The notes under the pieces are model-generated. The model was not told the origin of the DNA. It did not search any database and was given only the letters and a program-made list of their open reading frames with translations. Below are positions 1 through 17,662 of a stretch of DNA of 64,000 bases, piece by piece. The position numbers were made by a program, and so were the translations under genes. Source of the DNA: the human T2T-CHM13v2.0 reference genome, Homo sapiens. The stretch lies in assembly GCF_009914755.1 (NCBI RefSeq), contig NC_060931.1. The stretch is one strand, 5' to 3'. Positions within the stretch are counted from its first letter, which is position 1. Each line of letters opens with the position of its first letter.

Positions 1-111
1 ACAGGGTTTCACGGTGTTAGCCAGGATGGTCTCGATCTCCTGACCTCGTGATCCACCCGCCTCGGCCTCCCAAAGTGCTGAGATTACAGGTGTGAGCCAC
101 CGCACCCAGCC
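1..111 (-). mobile_element. Alu (AluY/Sc-like), cut by window edge
   Basis: gttagccaggatggtctcgatctcctgacctcgtgatcc... Confidence 0.9.
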
Positions 112-400
112 TCTTGGTCCTGTTTTATGGAAAAACATCTATTAAGGGAGCAGAGAGGATGACAAGGTCTTGGGTAGGGGATGGGGAGAGGGATCACTGT
201 CATCAAATATTTGCAGGAATTTTATATACAAAAAGGAGTTGCTTTGTCCCATGTGGACTTGGAGGCCATCCTGGACTTGCAATAGAAGTTGCAGTGAGGC
301 TGATTTCTCCCTAACTGCTGGTGCTACCTGAAAGTTCCATGGGCTGTCTAGAAAGAGTAAGCCTCCCAGGACGAGAGGCAGAAACATCATAGATATTGTC

Positions 401-645
401 AAGGAACTTCTTCCTCTTGGTTGGTGACCCCACCAAATGATTTGCAGTGTCTCTTCCAATTTGGAGATGCTGTACATCTCTTGACACTTCTATAATTCTG
501 CCATTCTCCCTGACTCCCAGGAGAGCCCAGGATCTGTGAAGACATCAGAAGTTGAGTGCTGGGCCGACTGAAACACACAGACCTTTGCTTTAATTATTCC
601 ACTGTGTGAGATCCATTTGCCAAGGGAAATGGGGAAAGTATTTTT
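401..645 (+). repeat. Left arm of ~245-bp non-Alu inverted repeat
   Basis: Reverse complement of 1532-1775; about 15 substitutions and 2 small indels by eye. Confidence 0.95.
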
Positions 646-781
646 AGCCAAGGCATTTGCTTTTAGGGGACTCATTCTCCTAGAAATATTCTACTCCTCC
701 TCTTTTATGCTGTACCTTATTATTCCCCAGGAGTTTTACTCCTTGAGACACTATTTGGATTTTTTAAAATCTTTTTTTAAT

Positions 782-1075
782 CTTTTTTTTTTTTGAGACA
801 GTCTTGCTCTGTCACCAAGCCTGGAGTGCAGTGGTATGATCCCAGCTCTCTGTACTCCTGGGCTCAAGTGACCCTCCTGCGTCAGCCTCCCAAGTAGCTG
901 GGACCACAGGTACATGCCAACACATCCTGATAATTTTTATTTTTATTTTTATTTTGTAGAGATGGAAGTCTCACTATGTTGCCCAGGCTGGCCTCGAACT
1001 CCTGGACTCAAGCAATTCTCTTGCCTCAGCCTCCCAAAGTGCTGGTGTTATAGGCATGAGCCTCTGTGCCCAGCC
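782..1075 (-). mobile_element. AluJ-like SINE
   Basis: poly-T then antisense Alu dimer. Confidence 0.9.
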
Positions 1076-1168
1076 TCTTTTTCATCCTTAAACTGGTTTG
1101 ATTCCAAAAGAATTATAAACCCAGGTGTTAAATTTCAACATATAGAGATGACATCCTATTGATCGTCA

Positions 1169-1382
1169 CAGCGGCTCATCCTCCTGAGTGGGCAGCTGAC
1201 TTCGCAGTGCAGGGATTCCCCTATGTGTGCACTTTGGAAGCCCTTGGACAGTTGGAGAAGTCCCCATGCTCAGGCTATACTCCGATGGATTATATCAGAA
1301 AATCTGGGTGGGGTCAGGCACTAGAGGTCTTTAAAGTTGCCTGGATGGTTCCAACGTGCGGTCACGTCTGAGAGTCGCTGCT
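1169..1382. mobile_element. MER5-like hAT DNA transposon relic
   Basis: atcagaaaatctgggtggggtcaggcact...tgagagtcgctg resembles MER5. Confidence 0.5.
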
Positions 1383-1531
1383 TGAGATGCATCCTGGATT
1401 CTGCCTGGCAGGACTCATGGGCCCCTGTTCCCTTTCGGAGCTTAGAGGGATTGAGCAAAGCCACTTTCAGTTTTTCCACTTGCCAGGCAGGTGCTTGAGG
1501 AAGTTATTTGACTGCTCAGAGCCACCGGAGC

Positions 1532-1775
1532 AAAAATACTTTCCCCAATTTCCCTTGGCAAATGAATCTCACACAGCAGAATAACTAAAGCAAAGGTCTG
1601 TGTTTCAGTCAGCCTAGCACTCAGCTTCTGAGGTCTTCACAGATCCCGGGTTCTCCTGGGAGTCAGGGAGAATGGCAGAATTATAGAAGTGTCAAGAGAT
1701 GCATAGCATCTCCAAACTGGAAGAGACACTGCAAATCATTTGGTGGGGTCACCAACCAAGAGGAGGAAGCTCCTT
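1532..1775 (-). repeat. Right arm of ~245-bp non-Alu inverted repeat
   Basis: Reverse complement of 401-645. Confidence 0.95.
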
Positions 1776-2285
1776 CCTCCGTGAAATGGAGACCCTGGAA
1801 GGTTGGCTTCGTGTGCCTTGAATCCCTGAGGTAGTGCCTGGCAGGGGGCTTGCCCTGGTGCCCTTGGCTGTGACAGTGGTGGTGATCGTGACAACCGTAA
1901 GGAACACTGGCTGGGCATTCTTCTGTGGAGGTGTAGCCTCTGTGCCAAGTGTGTCTCAGCTTTTTGCACGTGTACTTCATTTATTCCTCTTAGGAATCGG
2001 AGGTGGTAGTTACTATTATTATCTCACCCTTTTCACATTGCCACCTCCATGGAAAATGATGGTGTTTCTACAGCATAGTGGAGTAAAATAAGACAGCTGC
2101 CAGAGGTGACGAGCTTGGGCCCTCTTCCCGGGAGCCGTGAGCACTGAGGGGGTCTACATCTTGGGCACCCCGATTACCTGAGCGTACACCTAGGAGGCTG
2201 TGTTTCTGACGCGTGATGATGGTGATGGTGAACAAGAATGTCAGGATGAATTGCCCTGTTGGTTTCTTCTTTTAAATCTTAATTG

Positions 2286-2587
2286 ATTTTTATTTTTTTT
2301 GTAGGCGAGATCTTGCTCTGTCACCCAGGCTGGAGTGCAGTGGTGCGATCATAGCTCACTGCAGCTTCAAACTCCTGGGCTCAAGTGATCCTCCCACCTC
2401 AGCCTTCTGAGTAGCTGGGACTACAGGCATGTGCCATTTTGCCTGGCTGATTTTTAATTTTTTTTCTTGTAGAGGCAGACTGTCATTATGTTGTCCAGGC
2501 TGGTCTCAAAGTCCCGGCCTCAAGCAGTCCTCCTGCCTCAGCCTCCCAAAGTGCTGAGATTACAGGTGTAAGCCACTGTGCCCAACC
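2286..2587 (-). mobile_element. AluJ-like SINE
   Basis: Antisense Alu dimer. Confidence 0.9.
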
Positions 2588-2836
2588 TGTTTCTTATGTA
2601 CATGTCACTTGTCATTGGCAGGCAAATTGGAGTTGTTCACTTGGCACAATTTCAATTCTTGGGAACTATTATGGGTTGAATTGCATTTTCCCCAAATTCC
2701 TATGTTAAAGTCCTAATCCCCAGAACCTCAGAATGAGACTGTACTTGTAGAAAAGATCTTAAAGATCTTAAGGGATAATTAAATTAAAATGAGGTCTTTA
2801 GAGTGGGCCTTAATCCAAGATGACTGACTGGTGTCC

Positions 2837-3624
<788 letters not shown>

Positions 3625-3744
3625 TCAGCCACCCAGTCTGTGCAATTTTGTTATGGCAATGCTAGCAAACAAATACAGGGAAGAGAACTGTTTGCCACTT
3701 GCAGGAATTTACCTTTAGAGCCTCCTTGGGTTTTCCTTGCCTCT

Positions 3745-4230
<486 letters not shown>

Positions 4231-4609
4231 TCTGGCACTTGCAAGCCTGGAGGTGGCTCTCAGCAGGCCCTCCTATTAGCTTTTTGAACATTTTGACTTT
4301 GAGAGTGAGGGGAGAGCATGTGGATTAGCCTGCTGGGGGCAGCTGATGCTTCCAGTTGTGCCTTCATTCCTCTTGGACCTGCTCTCTAGGGGTTGAGCAT
4401 GCCGCACATGCTTTCTTTATCATAGGCCCTCTTAGTCTGACAGCTGAAGGACACAACCCTTTATTTAGTCTTCGGTTCATTCTCCCTGTGTTTTTTGGGT
4501 TCTTCTTGGTTCTAGTCTTATATAGGCAGATACATTTCTGGGGTTACCTGGGTTGTACCTGAGGGGGTGAAGACAGTCACGTTATTGAACCTACTGTAAA
4601 AATGTAATA

Positions 4610-5610
<1,001 letters not shown>

Positions 5611-5988
5611 TTTTTTAATGTGAGAAATTCTTAAGAAGATCTTTATGTTGATACCACATAATGATAGAGTGTAGAGAGGCTAAATTTGCACAAGGAGGGC
5701 AAGGAAGGTTTGACAGAGGTGGTGGTATCAGAGCTACTGTGTGACTGATTAGCAGAGATTTTCTTGGCAGAGAGGGGAGGCCCAAAGTGTTCTCTTCTAA
5801 GGCAGCAGTATGTGCAAAGGCACAAGGATTGGAAACAACCAGCCTCTCTAGGGGAAGATTTAAGGAGATAAGTGTGGCTGATGCATGAGGTCCATGGGTG
5901 GAGGCGTGGTGGGAGCTGAGAAGGAAGGGATAGGTTGGTGCCACTTGTGTCTACTGGGAGTTCAGTATTAATCTTTTAAGGAACAGGA

Positions 5989-6875
5989 TGTATTAGTTTC
6001 ATGCTGCTGCTGTAACAAATGGCTTCATAGTGGCATAAAACACCACACATTTATTCTTATAGTTTTCGAGGTTAGAAATCTGAAATGAGTTTTACAGGAC
6101 TAAAATCAAGGTGTCTGCAAGGCTGCCTTCCTTCTGGAAGCTCCAAGGGTGAATGTAATTCATTCCTTTCCTCTCCTAGCTTCCAGAGGCTGCCAGCATT
6201 CCTTGGCTTATGGCCGCATCACTCCAGTCTCTGCATCTGTGGCTGCATCACTTTAGTCTCTGCATCTGTGGCTGCATGGACTTTGTTACTTTGATCCTCC
6301 TGTATACCTCTTATAAGGACTCTTGTGATATCATCAGGCCCACCCAGATAAATCCGGCATAGTCCCCCCCATCTCATGAGCCTTAATTTACTCACATCTG
6401 CCGATATGGTTTGGCTCTGTGTCCCAACCCAAATCTTATCTCAAATTGTAATCCCTATGTGTCGGAGGAGGGGCCTGGTGGGATGTGACTGAATCATGGG
6501 AGCGGACTTCCCCCTTACTGTTCTCATGATAGAATCCTCATGAGATCTGGTTGTTTGAAAGCATAGCACTTCCCACTTTGCTTTCTCTATCTCTCTCCTG
6601 CTCTGCCATGGTAAGGCGTGCTTACTTCCCTTTCATCTTTCCCCATGATTTTAAGTTTCCTGAGCTTCTGCAGTCATGCTTTCTGTTAAGCCTGCAGAAC
6701 TATGAGTCATTTAAACCTTTTTCTTCGTAAATTACCCAGGCTCAGGTAGAGCTTTATAGGTATAGAGATTGGACTAATACATCTGCAAAGCCCCATTTGC
6801 CATATTGGGTAACATTCACAGTTTTTGGGGGTTAGAATGTGGATATCTATAGGGGGTCATGATTGAGCGTATTGT
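5989..6875 (-). mobile_element. MLT1 LTR interrupted by an MST LTR
   Basis: tgtattagtttc...aaatcaaggtgtctgcaagg... pattern. Confidence 0.75.
6402..6781 (+). mobile_element. MSTA/MSTB solo LTR
   Basis: cgatatggtttggctctgtgtccc...ggactaataca; 5-bp TSD tctgc. Confidence 0.88.
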
Positions 6876-7849
6876 AGGGGAATTGAACAATTCAACTCTG
6901 CAAGGGGAGAGAAGTGCAACCTGGAAGGCCAGCTCTGCTGCTCTACCGGGTTGCATGAGGGAAGAGGAGAGCCTGGTCCCAAATATTGTCACTGGAGATG
7001 GGCAGGAGATGGTGGCTTGAACTAAGAGGGAAAAAAATTGGTGAGAATTTAGTAAAGGAGGCTGAAGACCCAGGAGGCATTGAGACTGACTCTGAGGTTT
7101 AAAATGCTGTCATTTTTTAATGGTGTCATTAACCAGGAGAAAGTGTGCAGAGCCTCCAGTCTCCAGTTGCCTGGCATACTTTTCTTGGTCTTTGCAACAA
7201 TTTCAGGAATCCTTCCCTGACATGCAAAAGCCCATCCCCGAAGCAACGTGCTTTCCAGTTAGCACATGCTGCATCCCTGTGCTTCACAGTGACTTGCCTC
7301 ACTCCGTTTGCTAGGCTGCAAGTTTCTGCAGCACCATGCAAGGTGCCTGTCCAAGCCAGGCTCTGGTTCTGTCGAGCTCCCCATTGGTATATAAAGATGT
7401 AGGTGTCCTTTGCGAGCTGCGCAATTGGCTATTGCCAGGATGCCCTTCTCAGGCTCCACGCCTTCCTGGAATGAGCCTTGGGGTTGAGTAGTTAACTTTG
7501 ATATCTCCTGTTAAGGGATTTTCTAGTTTTTTTTTTTTTTCTTCTAGGAGGATATGTGGTTTTTAACATAGACATAAATAAGTCTAATAGGTAGAAATGA
7601 CTTTGAAATAATTCATCAAGGAGGAATAATTCAGCTAGAAATAGCAGACACCAGTTTTCAAGCCTTCTTGCCTGTGTATTTTCAGAAATGTGCTCTCCTT
7701 TGAGATATTTCTCTCATCCATTTCGGTAAATATCTGTTGCGCTCATTTGCTGATGGATGGTGAACCTGCTTTGTCTCCTGTGTGTACTGGCTCTTTTATT
7801 CCCCTTTATCCTGCTTATTCCTTACAGCCATGGAGAACAGCAGGTTTCT

Positions 7850-8072
7850 TATTTTATTTTATTAAGTTCTGGGGTACATGTGCAGGAGGTACAGGTTTGT
7901 TGTACAGGTAAACGAGTGCCATGCTGGTTTTCTGCACCTGTGAACCCATCACCTAGGTATTCAGCCCAGCATGCATTAGCTATTTGTCCTAATGCTCTCC
8001 CTCCCCCCACCTGCCCCCACCCCCACTTCCCAGCAGGCCCCAGTGTGTGTTTTTCCCCTCCCTGTGTCCATG
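7850..8072 (-). mobile_element. Short 5'-truncated L1PA 3' end
   Basis: L1PA 3'UTR antisense; TSD tggagaac(a/t)gcaggtttctt; C-rich tract 7996-8031 (G4 on minus strand). Confidence 0.88.
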
Positions 8073-8416
8073 TGGAGAACTGCAGGTTTCTTTACTTAAA
8101 AACAGGGCATGGGATGTTGAAGGAGACTGTTCCTTTCACTTGGGAATTCTGGTTTATGTCCCAAAGCTGAGAGCAATAGGGGCGTGTTTGCCATTTTTTC
8201 AGAGGGATGCTGGATGCCTCTGTGGAGGACCTACCAAGGGATTCACAAGATTCGTCCTGCAGCCTGGATGGCACTTCTCTCTAAGGAAAAGATGAGTTAA
8301 TGGAGGAGAAAGTTGGAGGGAAGAATGGGTGTTTCTTTTTCCCTCCCAACAGGAGGGACTCCTCCCCAGGTCAAATGGGGAAATTTAAGCAAACCCCCCA
8401 TACAGATTGGGATGCT

Positions 8417-8750
<334 letters not shown>

Positions 8751-9320
8751 AGAGATTGGGCTGCCTGCCAGAGGAGGCTGGCCTCTCCTTCACTGGCTGG
8801 GTGCTGGCTGAACTGTGGCACTCATAGGTCCATCTTCATAGGCGAGAGCAGGGTTTGATGAGTGCATTCTTGGGATCACCTGAAATAGGGAAGAAATTGA
8901 TGTGACTTCTCTGGACTTGGAGGAGCCTCGGTGAAGGTTGGGGTTGTGCCTGTCTCCTGTCTCCTGCTTGGGGAATTCTGAGGGCAGGAGTTTGGTAGGC
9001 AGGAAGGGTGGGCAGCAATAGAGTGGCCTACATGGCTTCTTCTAGCATGACCAGCAGATGTGAGACTTGAGGCCTCATGGAGGCAGGAACAGGGAGGAAT
9101 TAGGCTGGCTGCAGAGGGGATCTGGCACTGAGGCTGCCAAGGGCAGGTTCAATAAAAGTCCCTAGAGGCCAGCTGGAGAGCTTACTGCCATATCAGGGAT
9201 CCCTGTAGCTTGGAAAGCCTCACAGCAGGGCCTGGGAGAACCCTCAGCCGGGCCCTTTAACAGGGCTCATCTTTGACCACTGCCAAGAGGTAACAAAGGA
9301 AAACACCAGGCAAGCGTTTA

Positions 9321-9622
<302 letters not shown>

Positions 9623-10214
9623 TAAGCCTTTGCTTCCCTTGCTCTGTCTTCTCCCCTCTTCTCTCGTCTGCCTTGGTCTTGGAGGAGGCAGTAGAAGGAG
9701 TAGGGGCTGGAGGAAGTATGGAGGGCCATGCCACTGCTCATCTGTCTGCAGAGGTCCTCGACCCACACGTGGGGCCTAGACTGGGGAGGGGCAGGAAGCC
9801 GAGAACTGGACATGAATGGAAGTGTTCACAGGAGGCTGTGCCACACTTTGTAAATCCTAAAATTGAGTTGTAGTTTCCTAACTTATTTTCCTCTTATAAC
9901 TGAAAGTGAGTGGAGGGCTAAGGGATTGTCATCTGGCTGAGAAGGGAGAGCTGTGATAGCATGGCTGGGGGAGGTGATGGAAGACGGATGGAGCCCTTGC
10001 CTTTGTCCCCCACAGATAAATTTGTTGTAAAACCTAACAAGAGCACAAAGCAGGGGATAGACTCAGGAAGAGAGATTAATACACTCTCTGAAACGCTTTG
10101 TACTGATTTACAGGCTTTAGGAAATATTTTCATGAGTGTGTGTGACACCTCTCTCTCTGTCTAGCACATAGTATTCATTTATAAACCTACCTCCCTGCTG
10201 CCCTACACATTTAA

Positions 10215-10385
10215 TAAATGTGCTTTAAACTCATTTACTCACCCCCAGCAACCTTATGAGTAGTCACTATTTTTAGCCCCGTTTTACAGAGAAGCAACTA
10301 AAGCACAGAGAGATTGAGAAACGTGTTGAAGGGTGCACAGCACATGTGGAGGAACTGTGATCTGCACTCAGACCTTCTAGTCCCT
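10215..10385 (-). mobile_element. MIR fragment
   Basis: ccccgttttacagagaagcaactaaagcacagagag core. Confidence 0.7.
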
Positions 10386-10444
10386 GGGGTATCTCACTCT
10401 CCCCCCTTGTATCTCCTCTATCTCTCAATTTTTTATTATAGAAT

Positions 10445-10818
<374 letters not shown>

Positions 10819-11709
10819 TTACCCTCTTCTGCCTCTTTCAGCAAATTTGTTTGAGGTGGTGGATGTTTGCTGAGTGGACGGATGAAAAAAAATAGTTGAA
10901 GAGTAATTGCCATTTGATACAGAACAGAAGAGCTTAGCTTTGGTTTAAGCTGTTCATTTCCCTCCCACAGTCTGAAGTTCAGCTGCAGGAAAAAAAAATA
11001 AAAAAGAAAGAAAAGTAATTTAAGTAATTTAAATTCTGCCTGCTGACTTAGTTTTGTCCTCATCTTATCTGACCTTATTTAATCAGAGAAAAAAAAAAGA
11101 AGAAAAGAAAAGAAAAAAAAAGACTGGGAAAGCGTTTTCTAGGAATTTCATCATGACCCTTTAAACACATCTTCCATTTACACTTATATAATTGTTTCAT
11201 ACGGGATAGTGTTAATAATACCAAATTTCATTCCTAAAGCAAGCTGACAAAAGCATTTAAAGACTTGCTCATTCCAAATGTGTTAGAGCAGCTGAGAATC
11301 ACGATCTGGTGCCAGTTCATTTGCTTTCAATACTTCCTGCTTTTGGGTGCTGCATATTTTCTTTACAATAGCCCATAGTTAGGGCCATATCCATACACCC
11401 CAACTCCAGATTCCTGTCACGCGCCTTCCAGTGCAAGAAATGATCATGCTTTAGGGTGCACGGGGCACAGTCTAGCATTTTCCTTGCTTTCCACATCAGG
11501 GTGATGATGCTCAGAGATGTAGAAGAGCTCCCAAAGGGGTGGCACTGACCAGTGGCCACGTGGCTCCCTGGGCCTGTTCATCCATCCCGGTTTGTTCTGA
11601 GATAACCTCATGTCCAGGAAACAGCCTTGGCTAACGTGCCTAGGAGCAGTTTTTGAAAGAATCTGAGCTCACGGAAATGAAGTAAAAAATCTCTGGCACT
11701 CATTCAGGT

Positions 11710-12682
<973 letters not shown>

Positions 12683-13987
12683 GATGTCATGCAGGCTTTT
12701 GTACATGGAAGGGCAGGAATGTCTTGGGGGAAAGTCAGCCTCAGTTACTGCTCCCATAAAGCTCTTTCTCCTGCAGCCCTTCAACCTGCGCTTCAGACAA
12801 TCGACAGCAGGATTCCCTGTTTAGATTCACTTTGTGCCAACAACCTGTGAGGCTTGGCAGCCTAAGGCCTGGATGCCCTTTGGTGAGAGGCAGGCACAGT
12901 AACAGGGCAGACAGTGACCAATATGACATGAGGAGGCCTGAGATGATATTTCTTCTCTGATACTTACTGCTCTTGTAACATCCCCACATCATTTAAGCTC
13001 TATGTCTGTCTCTCCTGTTATGTAGAAGATATAGAGTTAATCATGTCTGCTTTTTCACCCTACCGGAGAGCAAAGAAGAGCCTTGAAAGTTGAAATGTTC
13101 AATTCAGAGAAGAAAGAAGAGAGCACGATCATTTTTATTGCTTTTGAGTTGCTGCCAGCTAAAACCTCAGGTCCAAAGTAAAAACACTCCTGTTATTAGC
13201 AGTGAAGGTTGACAAGACTGTTTTTCATCCATCTTATTGTTTTTTTAACAATTTTATATGCATATAATTCCATGATAATGACATAAGAACTGCTTGGAGA
13301 AGAAACTGCATGTTCTTTTGTGATTTTTAATATAAAATTCTCTTTGGGCTAAGGCAACCCCTTGTAATCACTCACCTCATTTCCCTGATACCAGTTCTCT
13401 GAAATGTTATTGTAGACCTTGCTCCAATTTCAAACGCTGTCAACTCTTGCACATAAAAACAGTTGTTTATATAGTTTGTGGATTACTCCTTTTCCCTCTT
13501 GAACTATTTGTTTCACTGCTCAATGCTATTCCCAGTTGGTTCTGACAGGAGAAATGGAAGATAATGAAATATCGGCTAGATTATTTTCTCCCTGGTTATA
13601 GCTATTGTGAAAGTTTGGCTAAAATGTAGTATTTTTGTCTGTCTGGAGATTTGAGTTGTTCTTGCTATCTCCCTTTTCTCTGTTAGCAAAGTCAGCAAAT
13701 GGTTGAATCAAGGTAGACAATGAAGTATTCCTGTTTATGGTCTCCAGTTTCTGTCCTATAGACATCACAAGGTTATTTGCAGAGTTTGTATGAAACAATG
13801 TTTTTGGAGCCTAATTCTCATTTGTACTTTAGAGCCAACAGATGTTTCTTTTAAGAACATAGGAAAAGAGAGTGAGATAAAGAGACTTTGACTAAGCATT
13901 CTTTTGATCAGCCATGAAAAGTTTGACTTTTAACTGTTGGTCAAATACAATCATGGCATTTCCAAAAATTTTTCTCTAATGAGATAA

Positions 13988-14027
<40 letters not shown>
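13988..14027. repeat. Compound microsatellite (TG)n(AG)n
   Basis: Direct reading. Confidence 0.95.
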
Positions 14028-14028
<1 letters not shown>

Positions 14029-14179
14029 GAGAGACACACAGAAAGAGAATGTGAATCATAGGTTTCCACTGACCTGTTTTAATTTTAGAGACTCATTTCA
14101 GGGATGTGCACCCACAGAAAAATGCCTGGCATCTAAGCATAGCATGTGCCACACTGAAGAATATTCTGGTTCATTTCAA

Positions 14180-14394
14180 GCTGTACTATGCTGGTAAACC
14201 AGCCCTCTGGGTAGGGCGAGGGCATATGTTCGGTGGTGGTGGTAGGGAACCTTCATTTGTGGCTTTTGCCTGTTTCCCTGGTGTACATATTTCTACTCTG
14301 GTGGATTTCAAGTTAGCAGCATTTGGCAGCTAGTTTGCAAAAGTCCTAAATATTTAACAGTAGGCTCTGGGGGAGCTGGCTTCAGCACACCACT
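14180..14394 (-). mobile_element. MER63-like hAT relic
   Basis: atgctggtaaacc ... ggagctggcttcagcacaccact termini. Confidence 0.65.
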
Positions 14395-14439
14395 CATTTT
14401 GAGGGACATTCTGCTTTTTATTTGATGTATTAAATGGAT

Positions 14440-14725
14440 GTTTTTAGAGATAGGGTCTCTCTGTTGCCCAGGCTGGTGTGCAGTGGCATGATCATAGCTC
14501 ACTGCAGCCTTGACCTCCTTGTGCACAAGTGATCCTCCTGCCTCAGCCTCCTGAGTAGCTGGGACTACAGGTGTGCGCCACCACACCTGGCCAATTTTAA
14601 AATTTTTTGTAGAGGCAGGATCTTGCTATGTTGCCCAGGCTAGTCTTGAAGTCCTGGCCTCAAGCAGTCCTTCTTCCACGGCCTCCAAAAGCGCTGGGTT
14701 GGCAGATGTGAGCCACTGTACCCAA
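14440..14725 (-). mobile_element. AluJ-like SINE
   Basis: Antisense Alu dimer. Confidence 0.9.
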
Positions 14726-15301
14726 TGCTCATTCTGCTTTTTATGTATTTCACTTTTGCACAGATCCCCTAAGACATTGGTCTGGAACACACCATCCACA
14801 TCAGTGCACATGAAAATAGTTCAAAATACATTAAAAGATGCCCCCTGGCTGATTTTGGCATGACCAGTAGTACCTACAACTCTGTGTTCTTGTGTGTTTG
14901 TGCAGGCTCACCAGCCTGTGGATGTCCAGGTACCCCGCAGAGGCTGTCAGCAGGAAGAGTCTGGGCAGACAGGAAAACTCAGGGCTTCCTTCTGATTTGC
15001 ATTTCAAAATGAAAATGAGAACTTTTCAAAAAAATAGTTATCCTGCCAACAACATTGTTATACTACTGATGGGCTGGGGACCATGCTTGGCCCTGGGGGG
15101 TCGAAAGGGGAGCAGACCACAGTCCCTGCCTCTGGCCCTGGGTCACCATAGTGGGGGCTGAGGCAGGCTGTGAGGGTCTGTATTGGGAGTTCGGCTCTTG
15201 AACAAATCTACTGAGTGGTTTCAGTACTGGGAGATCCTGAAATGGTTTGTCTTTGCCTACAGCCATCTTGGAAAATGGCTTAATCTCTCCGGCACCTCTC
15301 A

Positions 15302-15589
<288 letters not shown>

Positions 15590-16099
15590 TCAGACCCTGA
15601 AGATCAGAAGCCCTGTGATGGGCTTGTGTTTTACCAAGCCTTGCAGGTGATGTTGGTGCTGAAACCAGCTCTTGTGTGAGACCCACTGAGCTGCAGGGCT
15701 GTTAGGGTCACCATGGCCTTTTGTGAACACAGCTCAGCGCCTGTCACATGTAAAGGCTCTATCTACGGCAGTTCCATGGGGGACACAAATAGCTAGAAAG
15801 CGTTTTGAGCTGTCTGAAGGTTGAGGAAGTGGGATGCACGTGGTGCTAGCTTTATTTTGGGATAGGAAGGAGAGAAGGAGGCAATGTTCCTTTTGCAGGA
15901 TCTGTTGATAGAACTCTCCTTCCCCTAAGGCATCAACTGCCTGGTTCTCTTACTGCCAATGTTAGAAGCTCCCTTCCCCACAAGTTGTGGCCCAGTTCTT
16001 TGTCCTGACTCTTGGAGTCCTGGGAGATCGTGGGTCTTCCTGAATAGAAGTAGAAATGAACTATGCGATGGGCTCCTCTGCACAATCCACAACCACCAG

Positions 16100-16345
16100 C
16101 TCCTTAGCTACTTATACCCCTGGCCTACTTGTTTCATTTTCTTCATAGCACTTATTATTCCTGGCACTTAATTTTGTGATTTGTTGCTATAATGTTTACT
16201 TGTCCCTGGTCTTCCTTGTCCATCAGAACAGAAGCACTCTGAAGGCAGAGACATTATCTGTTTTGTTGGCTGCGGCCTCTCCGGCACCTGAGAACAGCAG
16301 CCGGCATGTGATGGGTGCCCCTGTAAATGTCTGTGGAATGGCTGA
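16100..16345. mobile_element. L2 3' fragment
   Basis: ttcttcatagcacttatt...gaaggcagagac...taaatgtctgtggaatg. Confidence 0.65.
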
Positions 16346-16413
16346 CTGGCTGGCTGGGTGGGTAGCAGGGCAGGTGGCTGCAGGGGTAGGGGGGGTCCAT
16401 AAGAGTGAGTGTT

Positions 16414-17662
<1,249 letters not shown>

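Noticed and set aside
2100-2220. Local CpG enrichment
   Set aside because: Too short and sparse for a CpG island
6216-6277. 29-bp tandem duplication in MLT1 (also 17 bp at ~37661 and 10 bp at ~59161)
   Set aside because: Ordinary slippage duplications with no functional clue
14381-14400. TTCAGCAC half-site suggesting REST/NRSE
   Set aside because: No GGACAG half-site; coincides with the MER63 terminus
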